Positions 27,291 through 37,556 of a DNA stretch of 64,000 nt are shown here, piece by piece. Position 1 is the stretch's first letter, and each line of letters begins with the position of its first letter. The DNA comes from Enterobacteria phage Aplg8. Under the pieces are notes generated by a model. The model was not told the origin of the DNA, made no database searches, and saw nothing but the letters and a program-made list of their open reading frames with translations. The stretch is taken from sequence record NC_054902.1; one strand, 5' to 3'. The position numbers were made by a program, and so were the translations under genes.

Positions 27291-28465
27291 TGAGTATGCT
27301 GCAACGCCCTGGATATCCAAATCTCAGCGTTAAATTATTTGATAGCTACGACGCTTGGAGTAATAATAGATTTGTTGAATTAGCTGCTACTATTACCACA
27401 TTAACTATGCGGGATTCTCTTTATGGCCGAAATGAAGGAATGCTGCAGTTTTATGATTCTAAAAATATCCATACAAAAATGGATGGAAATGAAATAATTC
27501 AGATTTCTGTAGCTAATGCAAATGATATTAATAATGTTAAAACACGAATTTATGGATGTAAGCATTTTTCAGTGTCAGTAGATTCAAAGGGTGATAACAT
27601 CATTGCTATTGAATTGGGAACTATTCATTCTATAGAAAATCTTAAATTTGGCAGACCGTTTTTCTCTGATGCAGGTGAATCTATAAAAGAAATGCTTGGT
27701 GTCATTTATCAGGATCGCACGTTATTAACTCCAGCAATAAATGCTATAAATGCTTATGTTCCTGATATTCCATGGACTAGCACATTTGAAAACTATTTGT
27801 CGTATGTCAGGGAAGTTGCTCTAGCTGTAGGAAGTGACAAATTTGTATTTGTGTGGCAAGACATCATGGGAGTTAACATGATGGACTATGATATGATGAT
27901 AAATCAAGAACCGTATCCAATGATTGTCGGTGAGCCATCTTTAATAGGTCAATTCATCCAAGAATTAAAATATCCATTAGCATATGATTTCGTTTGGTTG
28001 ACTAAATCGAATCCTCATAAACGTGACCCAATGAAAAACGCTACTATCTATGCGCATTCATTTTTGGATTCTTCATTGCCAATGATTACTACAGGAAAGG
28101 GAGAAAACTCTATTGTAGTGTCAAGGTCAGGTGCTTATTCTGAAATGACTTATAGGAATGGATATGAAGAAGCTATTCGTCTTCAAACTATGGCACAATA
28201 CGATGGTTATGCTAAATGTTCTACTGTCGGTAATTTTAACTTGACTCCTGGCGTTAAAATTATTTTTAATGATAGTAAAAACCAATTTAAAACAGAATTT
28301 TACGTTGATGAAGTTATCCACGAATTATCCAATAATAATTCAGTAACTCATCTATATATGTTCACTAATGCAACGAAACTGGAAACAATAGACCCAGTTA
28401 AGGTTAAAAATGAATTTAAATCTGATACTACCACTGAAGAAAGTAGTTCTTCCAATAAGCAATAA
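27290..28465 (+). CDS. 27: baseplate hub protein gp27
   Basis: 391-aa ORF; synteny. Confidence 0.92.
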   Translation: MSMLQRPGYPNLSVKLFDSYDAWSNNRFVELAATITTLTMRDSLYGRNEGMLQFYDSKNIHTKMDGNEIIQISVANANDINNVKTRIYGCKHFSVSVDSKGDNIIAIELGTIHSIENLKFGRPFFSDAGESIKEMLGVIYQDRTLLTPAINAINAYVPDIPWTSTFENYLSYVREVALAVGSDKFVFVWQDIMGVNMMDYDMMINQEPYPMIVGEPSLIGQFIQELKYPLAYDFVWLTKSNPHKRDPMKNATIYAHSFLDSSLPMITTGKGENSIVVSRSGAYSEMTYRNGYEEAIRLQTMAQYDGYAKCSTVGNFNLTPGVKIIFNDSKNQFKTEFYVDEVIHELSNNNSVTHLYMFTNATKLETIDPVKVKNEFKSDTTTEESSSSNKQ

Positions 28466-28943
28466 AGAAGTTTCTATTCCTAAAATGGGTCTTAAACATT
28501 ATAACATTTTAAAAGATGTTAAAGGTCCTGATGAAAATTTAAAACTTCTTATTGATTCTATTTGTCCGAATTTATCACCAGCAGAAGTTGATTTCGTTTC
28601 CATTCATTTATTGGAATTTAATGGAAAGATTAAATCTCGTAAAGAAATAGATGGTTATACTTATGACATTAATGATGTTTATGTATGCCAAAGATTGGAA
28701 TTTCAATACCAAGGAAATACATTTTATTTTAGACCGCCTGGAAAATTTGAACAATTTTTAACTGTGAGCGATATGTTATCCAAATGCTTGCTTAAGGTCA
28801 ATGATGAAGTTAAAGAAATTAATTTTCTTGAGATGCCAGCATTCGTTTTAAAATGGGCAAATGATATTTTTACAACTTTAGCAATTCCTGGCCCTAATGG
28901 TCCAATAACTGGAATTGGTAATATTATTGGATTATTTGAATGA
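28410..28943 (+). CDS. 28: baseplate hub distal protein gp28
   Basis: 177-aa ORF overlapping the 3' end of gene 27; start uncertain. Confidence 0.8.
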   Translation: MNLNLILPLKKVVLPISNKEVSIPKMGLKHYNILKDVKGPDENLKLLIDSICPNLSPAEVDFVSIHLLEFNGKIKSRKEIDGYTYDINDVYVCQRLEFQYQGNTFYFRPPGKFEQFLTVSDMLSKCLLKVNDEVKEINFLEMPAFVLKWANDIFTTLAIPGPNGPITGIGNIIGLFE

Positions 28944-30712
28944 AAAAGCCACAAGAAATGCAAACGATGCGTAGAAAAGTTATTTCAGATAATAAACCAA
29001 CACAGGAAGCGGCTAAATCCGCTTCTAACACTTTATCTGGACTTAACGATATATCTACGAAATTGGATGATGCTCAAGCTGCTTCTGAATTAATTGCTCA
29101 AACTGTTGAAGAAAAATCGAATGAAATAATTGGAGCAATTGACAATGTAGAAAGCGCAGTGAGTGATACTACTGCTGGTTCTGAGTTAATTGCTGAAACT
29201 GTCGAAATTGGCAATAATATTAATAAAGAAATCGGTGAATCGCTCGGGAGCAAATTAGATAAATTAACAAGTTTACTGGAGCAAAAAATTCAGACAGCTG
29301 GAATTCAACAAACAGGAACTAGTTTAGCCACGGTTGAAAGCGCTATTCCTGTTAAAGTTGTTGAGGACGATACAGCTGAATCTGTGGGTCCTTTATTACC
29401 GGCTCCTGAAGCAGTTAATAATGATCCTGATGCTGATTTTTTCCCTACCCCTCAGCCAGTTGAACCTAAACAAGAATCGCCAGAAGAAAAACAGAAAAAA
29501 GACGCATTTAACTTAAAATTATCTCAAGCTTTAGATAAATTAACAAAGACTGTTGATTTCGGATTTAAGAAATCTATTTCAATTACTGATAAAATATCAA
29601 GCATGCTATTTAAGTATACCGTCAGTGCTGCTATTGAAGCTGCTAAAATGACTGCAATGATATTGGCTGTTGTTGTTGGAATAGATCTGCTGATGGTTCA
29701 CTTTAAATATTGGTCAGATAAATTTTCACAGGCATGGGATTTATTTAGTACAGACTTTACTAAATTCTCTAGTGAAACAGGAACATGGGGTCCTTTATTA
29801 CAGAGCATCTTTAGTTCTATTGATGAAATTAAAAAATTCTGGGAAGAGGGAGATTGGGGCGGTTTGACGGTAGCTATTGTAGAAGGGCTTGGAAAGGTTC
29901 TTTATAATTTAGGAGAACTTATTCAGCTTGGAATGGCTAAATTATCTGCTGCAATTCTTCGAGTCATTCCTGGCATGAAGGATACCGCTGATGAAGTAGA
30001 AGGAAGAGCACTAGAAAATTTCCAAAATTCTACTGGAGCATCTCTCAATAAAGAAGACCAGGAAAAAGTTGCAAATTATCAAGATAAACGAATGAACGGA
30101 GACCTTGGTCCGATAGCAAAAGGATTAGATAAAATTGCTAATTGGAAAACTCGTGCATCTAACTGGATTCGTGGCGTTGATAATAAAGAAGCACTAACTA
30201 CCGACGAAGAACGCGCAGCAGAAGAAGAAAAATTAAAGCAACTTTCACCTGAAGAAAGAAAAAATGCTTTAATGAAGGCTAATGAAGCCCGTGCCGCGAT
30301 GATTCGTTTTGAAAAATATGCTGATTCAGCTGATATGAGTAAAGACTCAACGGTTAAATCAGTTGAAGCTGCCTATGAAGACCTTAAAAAACGGATGGAT
30401 GACCCGGATTTAAATAATTCACCGGCAGTTAAAAAAGAACTTGCTGCTAGATTTTCTAAAATTGATGCTACTTATCAAGAGCTCAAGAAAAATCAGCCTA
30501 ATGCCAAACCTGAAACTTCTGCTAAATCGCCAGAAGCAAAACAAGTCCAGGTAATAGAAAAGAACAAAGCACAGCAAGCTCCTGTTCAACAAGCATCTCC
30601 TTCGATCAATAATACTAATAATGTTATTAAGAAAAATACTGTCGTTCATAATATGACACCCGTAACGAGCACGACTGCTCCTGGTGTATTTGATGCGACT
30701 GGAGTTAATTAA
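28940..30712 (+). CDS. 29: tail tape-measure / baseplate hub protein gp29
   Basis: 590-aa ORF; long helical segments; synteny. Confidence 0.9.
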   Translation: MKKPQEMQTMRRKVISDNKPTQEAAKSASNTLSGLNDISTKLDDAQAASELIAQTVEEKSNEIIGAIDNVESAVSDTTAGSELIAETVEIGNNINKEIGESLGSKLDKLTSLLEQKIQTAGIQQTGTSLATVESAIPVKVVEDDTAESVGPLLPAPEAVNNDPDADFFPTPQPVEPKQESPEEKQKKDAFNLKLSQALDKLTKTVDFGFKKSISITDKISSMLFKYTVSAAIEAAKMTAMILAVVVGIDLLMVHFKYWSDKFSQAWDLFSTDFTKFSSETGTWGPLLQSIFSSIDEIKKFWEEGDWGGLTVAIVEGLGKVLYNLGELIQLGMAKLSAAILRVIPGMKDTADEVEGRALENFQNSTGASLNKEDQEKVANYQDKRMNGDLGPIAKGLDKIANWKTRASNWIRGVDNKEALTTDEERAAEEEKLKQLSPEERKNALMKANEARAAMIRFEKYADSADMSKDSTVKSVEAAYEDLKKRMDDPDLNNSPAVKKELAARFSKIDATYQELKKNQPNAKPETSAKSPEAKQVQVIEKNKAQQAPVQQASPSINNTNNVIKKNTVVHNMTPVTSTTAPGVFDATGVN

Positions 30713-30720
30713 GGAATAAT

Positions 30721-31815
30721 ATGGCAATTGTTAAAGAAATAACTGCTGATTTAATTAAAAAGTCCGGTGAGAAAATTTCAGCCGGACAGAGTACTAAATC
30801 AGAAGTAGCAACTAAAACATACACTGCCCAGTTTCCAACTGGGCGTGCTAGTGGTAATGACACTACAGGGGACTTCCAGGTAACAGATCTATATAAGAAT
30901 GGATTATTATTTACTGCATACAATATGTCATCTAGGGATTCTGGAAGTCTTAGATCGATGAGATCTAACTACTCTTCTTCATCTTCGAGTATTTTACGTA
31001 CAGCCAGAAACACTATTAGTAGTACAGTATCAAAACTATCAAATGGATTAATATCAAACAATAATTCAGGAACAATAAGTAAAGCTCCTGTCGCAAACAT
31101 TCTTTTACCGAGATCTAAATCTGACGTTGATACGTCATCACATAGATTTAATGATGTTCAAGAAAGTCTTATCAGCAGAGGCGGAGGTACTGCTACTGGT
31201 GTGTTAAGTAATATTGCTTCAACTGCAGTATTTGGGGCACTGGAAAGTATAACACAAGGTATAATGGCTGATAATAATGAACAGATTTATACGACAGCCA
31301 GAAGTATGTATGGTGGTGCTGAGAATAGAACTAAAGTGTTTACATGGGATTTGACTCCACGTTCAACAGAAGATTTGATGGCTATTATCAATATCTATCA
31401 ATATTTTAACTATTTTTCTTATGGTGAAACGGGCAAATCTCAATATGCTGCTGAAATAAAGGGGTATTTGGATGATTGGTATCGTTCTACGTTAATTGAA
31501 CCTTTATCTCCGGAAGACGCAGCTAAAAATAAAACACTATTTGAGAAAATGACATCGAGCTTAACTAACGTTCTAGTAGTTTCAAACCCGACAATTTGGA
31601 TGGTGAAAAACTTTGGTGCAACATCTAAGTTTGATGGAAAAACGGAAATATTTGGTCCATGTCAAATACAGAGCGTTAGATTTGATAAAACACCTAATGG
31701 TAACTTTAACGGATTAGCTATTGCTCCAAACCTCCCTAGTACATTTACTCTCGAGATTACTATGAGAGAAATTATCACGTTAAACCGTGCTTCTTTATAT
31801 GCGGGGACTTTTTAA
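30721..31815 (+). CDS. 48: baseplate tail-tube junction protein gp48
   Basis: 364-aa ORF; synteny. Confidence 0.9.
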   Translation: MAIVKEITADLIKKSGEKISAGQSTKSEVATKTYTAQFPTGRASGNDTTGDFQVTDLYKNGLLFTAYNMSSRDSGSLRSMRSNYSSSSSSILRTARNTISSTVSKLSNGLISNNNSGTISKAPVANILLPRSKSDVDTSSHRFNDVQESLISRGGGTATGVLSNIASTAVFGALESITQGIMADNNEQIYTTARSMYGGAENRTKVFTWDLTPRSTEDLMAIINIYQYFNYFSYGETGKSQYAAEIKGYLDDWYRSTLIEPLSPEDAAKNKTLFEKMTSSLTNVLVVSNPTIWMVKNFGATSKFDGKTEIFGPCQIQSVRFDKTPNGNFNGLAIAPNLPSTFTLEITMREIITLNRASLYAGTF

Positions 31816-32780
31816 TGTATTCTTTAGAGGAATTTAATAATCAAGCAATAAACGCAGATTTCCAACGTAATAATATGTTTAGCTGCGTTTTTGCAACAAC
31901 TCCATCAACTAAAAGCTCTTCGTTGATAAGTTCAATTAGCAACTTTTCTTATAATAACTTGGGCCTAAATTCAGATTGGTTAGGATTAACTCAAGGTGAT
32001 ATTAATCAGGGAATTACTACGCTAATTACAGCTGGCACACAAAAACTGATAAGAAAATCAGGGGTTAGTAAATATCTTATTGGTGCCATGAGTCAACGTA
32101 CAGTTCAAAGTTTATTAGGCTCATTTACAGTTGGTACATATTTAATTGACTTCTTTAACATGGCATATAACTCATCTGGATTGATGATATATTCTGTAAA
32201 AATGCCAGAGAATAGATTATCCTATGAAACTGACTGGAACTATAATTCTCCTAATATTCGTATAACTGGAAGAGAATTAGACCCTTTGGTTATTTCATTT
32301 AGAATGGATTCAGAAGCTTGTAACTATCGTGCAATGCAAGACTGGGTTAACGCTGTTCAAGACCCAGTAACTGGATTGCGTGCTTTACCGCAAGATGTCG
32401 AGGCAGATATTCAGGTCAATCTTCATTCTCGCAATGGATTACCACATACTGCGGTGATGTTCACTGGCTGTATTCCAATATCTGTGAGTGCTCCTGAGTT
32501 ATCATATGATGGAGATAACCAAATAACTACATTTGATGTTACTTTCGCTTATAGAGTCATGCAGGCTGGAGCAGTTGATAGACAAGCTGCCCTTGAATGG
32601 CTTGAATCTGCTACTATAAATGGTATTCAAAGCGTTCTCGGAAATAGTGGAGGTGTTACTGGACTATCTAATTCGCTTTCACGACTTAGTAGATTAGGGG
32701 GAACTGCAGGAAGCATTTCAAATATTAATACTATGACAGGAATTGTCAATTCGCAAAGTAAAATATTAGGAGCAATATAA
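31815..32780 (+). CDS. 54: baseplate tail-tube initiator gp54
   Basis: 321-aa ORF; synteny. Confidence 0.9.
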   Translation: MYSLEEFNNQAINADFQRNNMFSCVFATTPSTKSSSLISSISNFSYNNLGLNSDWLGLTQGDINQGITTLITAGTQKLIRKSGVSKYLIGAMSQRTVQSLLGSFTVGTYLIDFFNMAYNSSGLMIYSVKMPENRLSYETDWNYNSPNIRITGRELDPLVISFRMDSEACNYRAMQDWVNAVQDPVTGLRALPQDVEADIQVNLHSRNGLPHTAVMFTGCIPISVSAPELSYDGDNQITTFDVTFAYRVMQAGAVDRQAALEWLESATINGIQSVLGNSGGVTGLSNSLSRLSRLGGTAGSISNINTMTGIVNSQSKILGAI

Positions 32781-32784
32781 CAAT

Positions 32785-32803
32785 GGGGACCTTTCGGTCC
32801 CCC
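32785..32803. terminator. bidirectional hairpin GGGGACC-TTTC-GGTCCCC between gene 54 and the convergent 96-aa ORF
   Basis: 7-bp GC stem flanked by A/T runs. Confidence 0.65.
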
Positions 32804-32809
32804 ATATTT

Positions 32810-33100
32810 TTATTTACGGAATGAAATAAAAGCAGCAACTGAAGCAACAGAGGTTTCTTCAATATAAACCTCAATTTTTACCGGAGCTTCTGACTCAAAT
32901 TTACCTGTTACTACACCCTGGAAAATGCTTTCAGTCTGTTCTGGCTTTGAAAAATTTTCAGAAGGAAAAATTCCAAACTTTTTATCGGTTCCGAAAATTT
33001 TAATAAATTCATCGTAAACTGCTTCATTAAAAGCATTATCAGCGGGAATAACGCCTTCAACGACGAGTTCTTGACCTAAAAAGCGCAAAGAAGATTTCAT
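32810..33100 (-). CDS. hypothetical protein (T4 alt.-3 position), early-promoter driven
   Basis: 96-aa ORF; GAGGA Shine-Dalgarno; preceded by the 54-bp promoter-leader cassette. Confidence 0.65.
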   Translation of the reverse strand: MKSSLRFLGQELVVEGVIPADNAFNEAVYDEFIKIFGTDKKFGIFPSENFSKPEQTESIFQGVVTGKFESEAPVKIEVYIEETSVASVAAFISFRK

Positions 33101-33131
33101 TTTGTGTTCCTCATGTTATGTCAGTAAGACT

Positions 33132-33160
33132 ACTATAACACAACACGAGGGACTTGTAAA
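33132..33160 (-). promoter_or_regulatory. sigma70-type early promoter (GTTTACA-N17-TATAGT), copy A of duplicated cassette
   Basis: minus-strand reading TTTACA agtccctcgtgttgtgt TATAGT, followed by a leader with GAGGA. Confidence 0.6.
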
Positions 33161-35218
33161 CTACATTTTGAACTTTTTAGACATTCCGTTGATGTTAACC
33201 AAAGAAGCTAAGATTTGAGAAACTTCGTTTTCCTCTTCTTTTGATTCTTCTACAAGGAATTGATTAAATCCAGCCATTAGACGAACTTCACCAGTTTCCA
33301 TTAGATGGTCGCCATCATATACTGATTCCTCTAATTGTTCAGAAGGAGGAACGATTGTACCTTCGATTAGATACTTGTTATAAGCAGTTTCTTTCATAAA
33401 GTAAGTACTTACTTTATTAATCTTCAGTAAAATTCCACGTGGTAGAATAACTTCAGCTTCTGATGGAAATCCTGATAAATGACCCGGAACGATAACTTTG
33501 ATTCGCTCAGCTCCTTTAATTACCATACCCACGCTAGTTTCAGCATCTTCATTAGCATATGTAGAATGACTACCCATATGCATCAAATCTTCTGCATCAA
33601 CGGAACCTTCTCCTTCACCAGAAAATACTGCTCCGGAATCATCTAAGGCCATATAATTTTTACCATACTCACCAAAGATATTTGGTTTAAGTGATGTCGA
33701 TACGAAGTTCTTGAAATAGAACATTTTATTTTCAATGTTATGACGCAAAGTTTTAAAAGTAACTTCTTGTCCACGGTAAAGTGTAGTTCCTGGAGGAAGA
33801 ACTGAACCTTTAGCGAATGCAGAATCAAGCGTCTCAATATGTTTAATAGCTCGTTCCATATATTCTTCACGGGTAGAATCTGGTTTACCCAAAAGGAACG
33901 AGTTCATTTCAACATATGAATCTGCGCAATAATCTTCAATTACGTCAGATTCAGCCTGAGTTAATCCTTTTGGAGTTACTTCGGTGCTTGCATATTCATA
34001 CGCCTGAGCAGCGGATTCATCAATTAATTTATAAATGCCATTCATGACAAATTGAATAATAGCTGTCTTTTCATCTGGCGTAGCTTTAGAACCTTTAACT
34101 AAATCATTGACAATTTTCTTAATAACATCAAAGCTATTAGAAATATTAATGTCAGCAAGATCGCTTAAAATTTTATCAGTTTTATAATCAAAAAATTCTT
34201 TATTCTTTAAATATTCTTGAGAACTTTGATATGTTATATCGCTCTGCAACTTGATAGATGGATCACGTAAACGTGCATGGGCTAATGCAATATGATTTCG
34301 GAAGCTTTCTAGTTCATAATCGTTAGATTTAAAACGAGAAGCACTTCTCATACCACCGATAGCTCCTTTGCTGAAGTTTGAACCAATCTGAATAACGCCA
34401 GAGTTCATTGGTCCTTCTGCTTTATATACCGGAACTTTAGATTCAAACTCTTGATATTTCTTAGCAGCGAAGCTATCACCCTGAAGTGAAGCATCAACAG
34501 TAGAATATTGAGCTTGTGCTGCTAATCGACGACTAATTTTAGTTTTCTGAATAACAGCTTGATCCGTACGCTTATCATTTTCTAAAGCAATAGAAGCAGC
34601 AACTGCGACAGCTTTAGGAACAGCATTACCTGTTTTAACGTCTACATAAACATCACCAACCTTTGATTCAACTTTTGTGAATAACTCAGTTGAAATAGGA
34701 GGTACACCTGGAATGTCTTCTAAATTGGCATTTTTACGGTAAACCATAATATATGCATATTTCTTATCATAGTCCCAGATTTCCTTTAAAAGAACATATC
34801 GACCTGCTCCTTTAGTACGTACTAAACGGTCAGCAATAACTTGCATTTGACGAGCTGCGCCATTTGTTTTACTCTTTAGTACGCGGAATAAGCATGCATC
34901 AATTTTATACTGTTTCATTGTTTGAAGAGCAGTATCAAAAACAGCATTAATGACGCCAATTGGATTTCCACCTAAGTTTTTAAGTTTAACTAATGATAAT
35001 TTCTCGTTGACACCTATCATTACGATATGCATCATTTTGTCGCCTGGCTTAACGTTTTTATTCGTATCACCGCCAGAGGTGTATGTACAAAATCTAAATC
35101 CAGGAAGCACGCTTTCTTCACCGGCTTGAATAGCAAAAATTTGAGGTATTTTATGCTTAGGATTTAAGTTAACAACCGGCGCCGAAGCGCCGTCAAATAA
35201 TTCTGTAATAAGTTCCAT
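33161..35218 (-). CDS. Alt-like ADP-ribosyltransferase paralog (T4 alt.-2/alt.-1 position)
   Basis: 685-aa ORF; N-terminus MELITELFDGASAPVVNLNPKHKIPQIF parallels Alt; C-terminal R-S-E motifs (LYRGQ, FVSTSL, SEAEVILPRG). Confidence 0.8.
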   Translation of the reverse strand: MELITELFDGASAPVVNLNPKHKIPQIFAIQAGEESVLPGFRFCTYTSGGDTNKNVKPGDKMMHIVMIGVNEKLSLVKLKNLGGNPIGVINAVFDTALQTMKQYKIDACLFRVLKSKTNGAARQMQVIADRLVRTKGAGRYVLLKEIWDYDKKYAYIMVYRKNANLEDIPGVPPISTELFTKVESKVGDVYVDVKTGNAVPKAVAVAASIALENDKRTDQAVIQKTKISRRLAAQAQYSTVDASLQGDSFAAKKYQEFESKVPVYKAEGPMNSGVIQIGSNFSKGAIGGMRSASRFKSNDYELESFRNHIALAHARLRDPSIKLQSDITYQSSQEYLKNKEFFDYKTDKILSDLADINISNSFDVIKKIVNDLVKGSKATPDEKTAIIQFVMNGIYKLIDESAAQAYEYASTEVTPKGLTQAESDVIEDYCADSYVEMNSFLLGKPDSTREEYMERAIKHIETLDSAFAKGSVLPPGTTLYRGQEVTFKTLRHNIENKMFYFKNFVSTSLKPNIFGEYGKNYMALDDSGAVFSGEGEGSVDAEDLMHMGSHSTYANEDAETSVGMVIKGAERIKVIVPGHLSGFPSEAEVILPRGILLKINKVSTYFMKETAYNKYLIEGTIVPPSEQLEESVYDGDHLMETGEVRLMAGFNQFLVEESKEEENEVSQILASLVNINGMSKKFKM

Positions 35219-35221
35219 GAT

Positions 35222-37315
35222 TTATCCTTGAACGAACTTGTAAGGCATGTTTGTAATATCTATGCAAGACGCAATAATTCCAAGAGATGATTCTACTTTC
35301 TGTTTAACATTTGATGAAACAAATGATGCAAAGTCAACTCTGTCTTCTATTTCAATATCACCTGTCATTGCAACTACTTCGCCAGTTTCCATTAAACGGT
35401 CACCGTCATAAATTACCGATTCGGTGAGTTCTTCGGTGGTCATAACTTCAGCTTGAATGAGTTTTGTATTATTAGACGTGGTTCCGTCATTATTAGAAGC
35501 ATCAGTTATTTTATTAACTTTGACCATCAATCCGCGCGGTAGAATAACTTCGGCTTCTGTTGCTATTCCGAGACTTCCTGGATATACAACATTAACTTTA
35601 TGAGCTCCATCAATTGCCCATCCTATTTGAACTTTAACGTATTCAGGATTTTCTTTATACGCTCTTATTTCGTTTGGATTAATAGTTATTCCTTCTTCAT
35701 TTTTATCAACTGTCAATTCATTACGAGCTTCTGGTTCTAAAAGACCAATACCAGCATGTGTAATTCCAAAACGTCCAAAAATGATAGGAGTTAAAGAAGT
35801 AGATACAAAATTTCTGAAATAGAACACTTTATTTTTAACTAGTGCTTCGTATATAGGAGCAGTCATACTTTGAGCACGATAAACTGTGATGCCTTCCGGT
35901 ATGCGGTCACCATTTTCAAAAGCTGAATCTAAGTTATTTATAGCAGATTCAATTTCTTTTTCACTCATTACATCATATCGTTCTGGATTGTAACGACCTA
36001 AAAGAAGATTATTGATGTCAGTATATCCTGAACCGCAATATTCTCTAATGCCACGCTTTTGTGATGGAGTATATTTAGAACCATCGCGGGCAATAGTAAT
36101 ATCAATCATTGGACCAGCACCAATTCCAGAAAAACTGTAAATCATTCGTTTGAGGAATTTAGTTTTTGCTGCGTTCCAGGAATTTTTAGTTATTTCTTCC
36201 CAGACTTCATCTGGTTGTCCTTTACGATTTTTATTATGATTAGCAAGCCATTTATCTTTATAATCTTCAAAGAATTGATTTACAGCTGCTGCGTATTTCT
36301 CTAAACATTTTATTGAAGTAGTTGGTTCATTTTTAATTGCATTAAAAATTACTTCTTTAATTTTTTCTGAAACTTCACCGACTTGACTCATTGGAAAGAA
36401 TTTATAATCATAGTGAAGTTCATCTGCCGTTCCTTTAGCAATAATTTTTGCTGCCTTTGTTTTAGAAGCTAATGAATTAATTCCAATTTTCATTTCTTCT
36501 GCTTCGGGAATTAAAGGTGCAGTAGCTGGTTTATTAAAATTAGCTGCTGTAGATTCATACTTCTGGAATAATTCACTTTCAAATCTAGAAGATTCCAATG
36601 ACTGACTTTGTGCAATTGCTCTACGGGAAATTTTAACTTTAACGATTACGGCTTGGTCAGAACGTTTATCATTTTCTTGTGCAATAGATGCAGCAATTGC
36701 CTCATTTTTGGTTACTTGAGCTCCAGTATCTTTATTGATATAAACATCACCGACTTTCGATTCAACTTTAGTAAAGAGCTCGGTACTAATTTCCGGAACT
36801 CCTGGAATGTCTTCTAGTGATACATTTTTACGATGTATAAGAATATATGCATACTTTTTATCGTAATCCCAGAGTTCCTTAAGAAGGACGTATCTGCCAC
36901 CTGAACGACTGCGGATGAGTCTATCAGCAATAAGTTGAATTTGTCGAGCTTGACCGGCGGTTTTAGACTTAAGAATACGGAGCATACAGGCATCAATTTT
37001 ATACTGACGCATCGTTTGCATCGCAACAGTAAAAACTGAATTGATGTAATTAATTGGGCTTGGACCGAGACCTTTTAATTTAGCAATTGAACCTTTAGCA
37101 GTTAATGTAAAAGGAACAATATGCATCATTTTATCGCCCATCTTTAAATCGCGATTAGTATCACCTCCAGATGTATAGGTACACAAACGAAAGCCTGGTT
37201 GTTCAATTGCGTCATCAACATGAACTGAAAAAATTTGCGGTATTTTCTTCTTTGGATTTAAGTTTGTAATCGGAAGAGTAGTATCTTCGTCAAATAATTC
37301 TGTAATGAGTTCCAT
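35222..37315 (-). CDS. alt: Alt ADP-ribosyltransferase (packaged, modifies host RNA polymerase)
   Basis: 697 aa from the second Met (MELITELFDEDTTLP...); R-S-E motifs (VYRAQ, FVSTSL, TEAEVILPRG); late promoter upstream. Confidence 0.88.
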   Translation of the reverse strand: MELITELFDEDTTLPITNLNPKKKIPQIFSVHVDDAIEQPGFRLCTYTSGGDTNRDLKMGDKMMHIVPFTLTAKGSIAKLKGLGPSPINYINSVFTVAMQTMRQYKIDACMLRILKSKTAGQARQIQLIADRLIRSRSGGRYVLLKELWDYDKKYAYILIHRKNVSLEDIPGVPEISTELFTKVESKVGDVYINKDTGAQVTKNEAIAASIAQENDKRSDQAVIVKVKISRRAIAQSQSLESSRFESELFQKYESTAANFNKPATAPLIPEAEEMKIGINSLASKTKAAKIIAKGTADELHYDYKFFPMSQVGEVSEKIKEVIFNAIKNEPTTSIKCLEKYAAAVNQFFEDYKDKWLANHNKNRKGQPDEVWEEITKNSWNAAKTKFLKRMIYSFSGIGAGPMIDITIARDGSKYTPSQKRGIREYCGSGYTDINNLLLGRYNPERYDVMSEKEIESAINNLDSAFENGDRIPEGITVYRAQSMTAPIYEALVKNKVFYFRNFVSTSLTPIIFGRFGITHAGIGLLEPEARNELTVDKNEEGITINPNEIRAYKENPEYVKVQIGWAIDGAHKVNVVYPGSLGIATEAEVILPRGLMVKVNKITDASNNDGTTSNNTKLIQAEVMTTEELTESVIYDGDRLMETGEVVAMTGDIEIEDRVDFASFVSSNVKQKVESSLGIIASCIDITNMPYKFVQG

Positions 37316-37338
37316 CATATCCTCTCTAGTGTTTATTC

Positions 37339-37346
37339 TATTTATA
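37339..37346 (-). promoter_or_regulatory. T4-type late promoter TATAAATA (minus strand) upstream of alt
   Basis: plus-strand TATTTATA at 37339-37346, about 20 nt upstream of the alt start. Confidence 0.65.
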
Positions 37347-37351
37347 AAATT

Positions 37352-37369
37352 AAAGGCCCGAAGGCCTTT
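37352..37369 (-). terminator. hairpin AAAGGCC-CGAA-GGCCTTT downstream of the 62-aa ORF
   Basis: 7-bp stem; overlaps the stop of the 62-aa ORF. Confidence 0.55.
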
Positions 37370-37556
37370 AATAATCTATTGGTAAGAGAGTACGATATAT
37401 TTCAAACTTTGGACCTTTTTCATAGGCATCAAATGTTTCTGTGAATTTATTATAAGCATATGCATCTATAAATTCAATCATAATTTGTGATACAGAAGTA
37501 GAAACATCTCCACCTTCTTTTTGAGCCACGACAATTGTTTCTAAGTAAGCTTTCAT
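37368..37556 (-). CDS. small hypothetical protein between gene 30 and alt
   Basis: 62-aa ORF; start overlaps the gene 30 stop. Confidence 0.55.
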   Translation of the reverse strand: MKAYLETIVVAQKEGGDVSTSVSQIMIEFIDAYAYNKFTETFDAYEKGPKFEIYRTLLPIDY

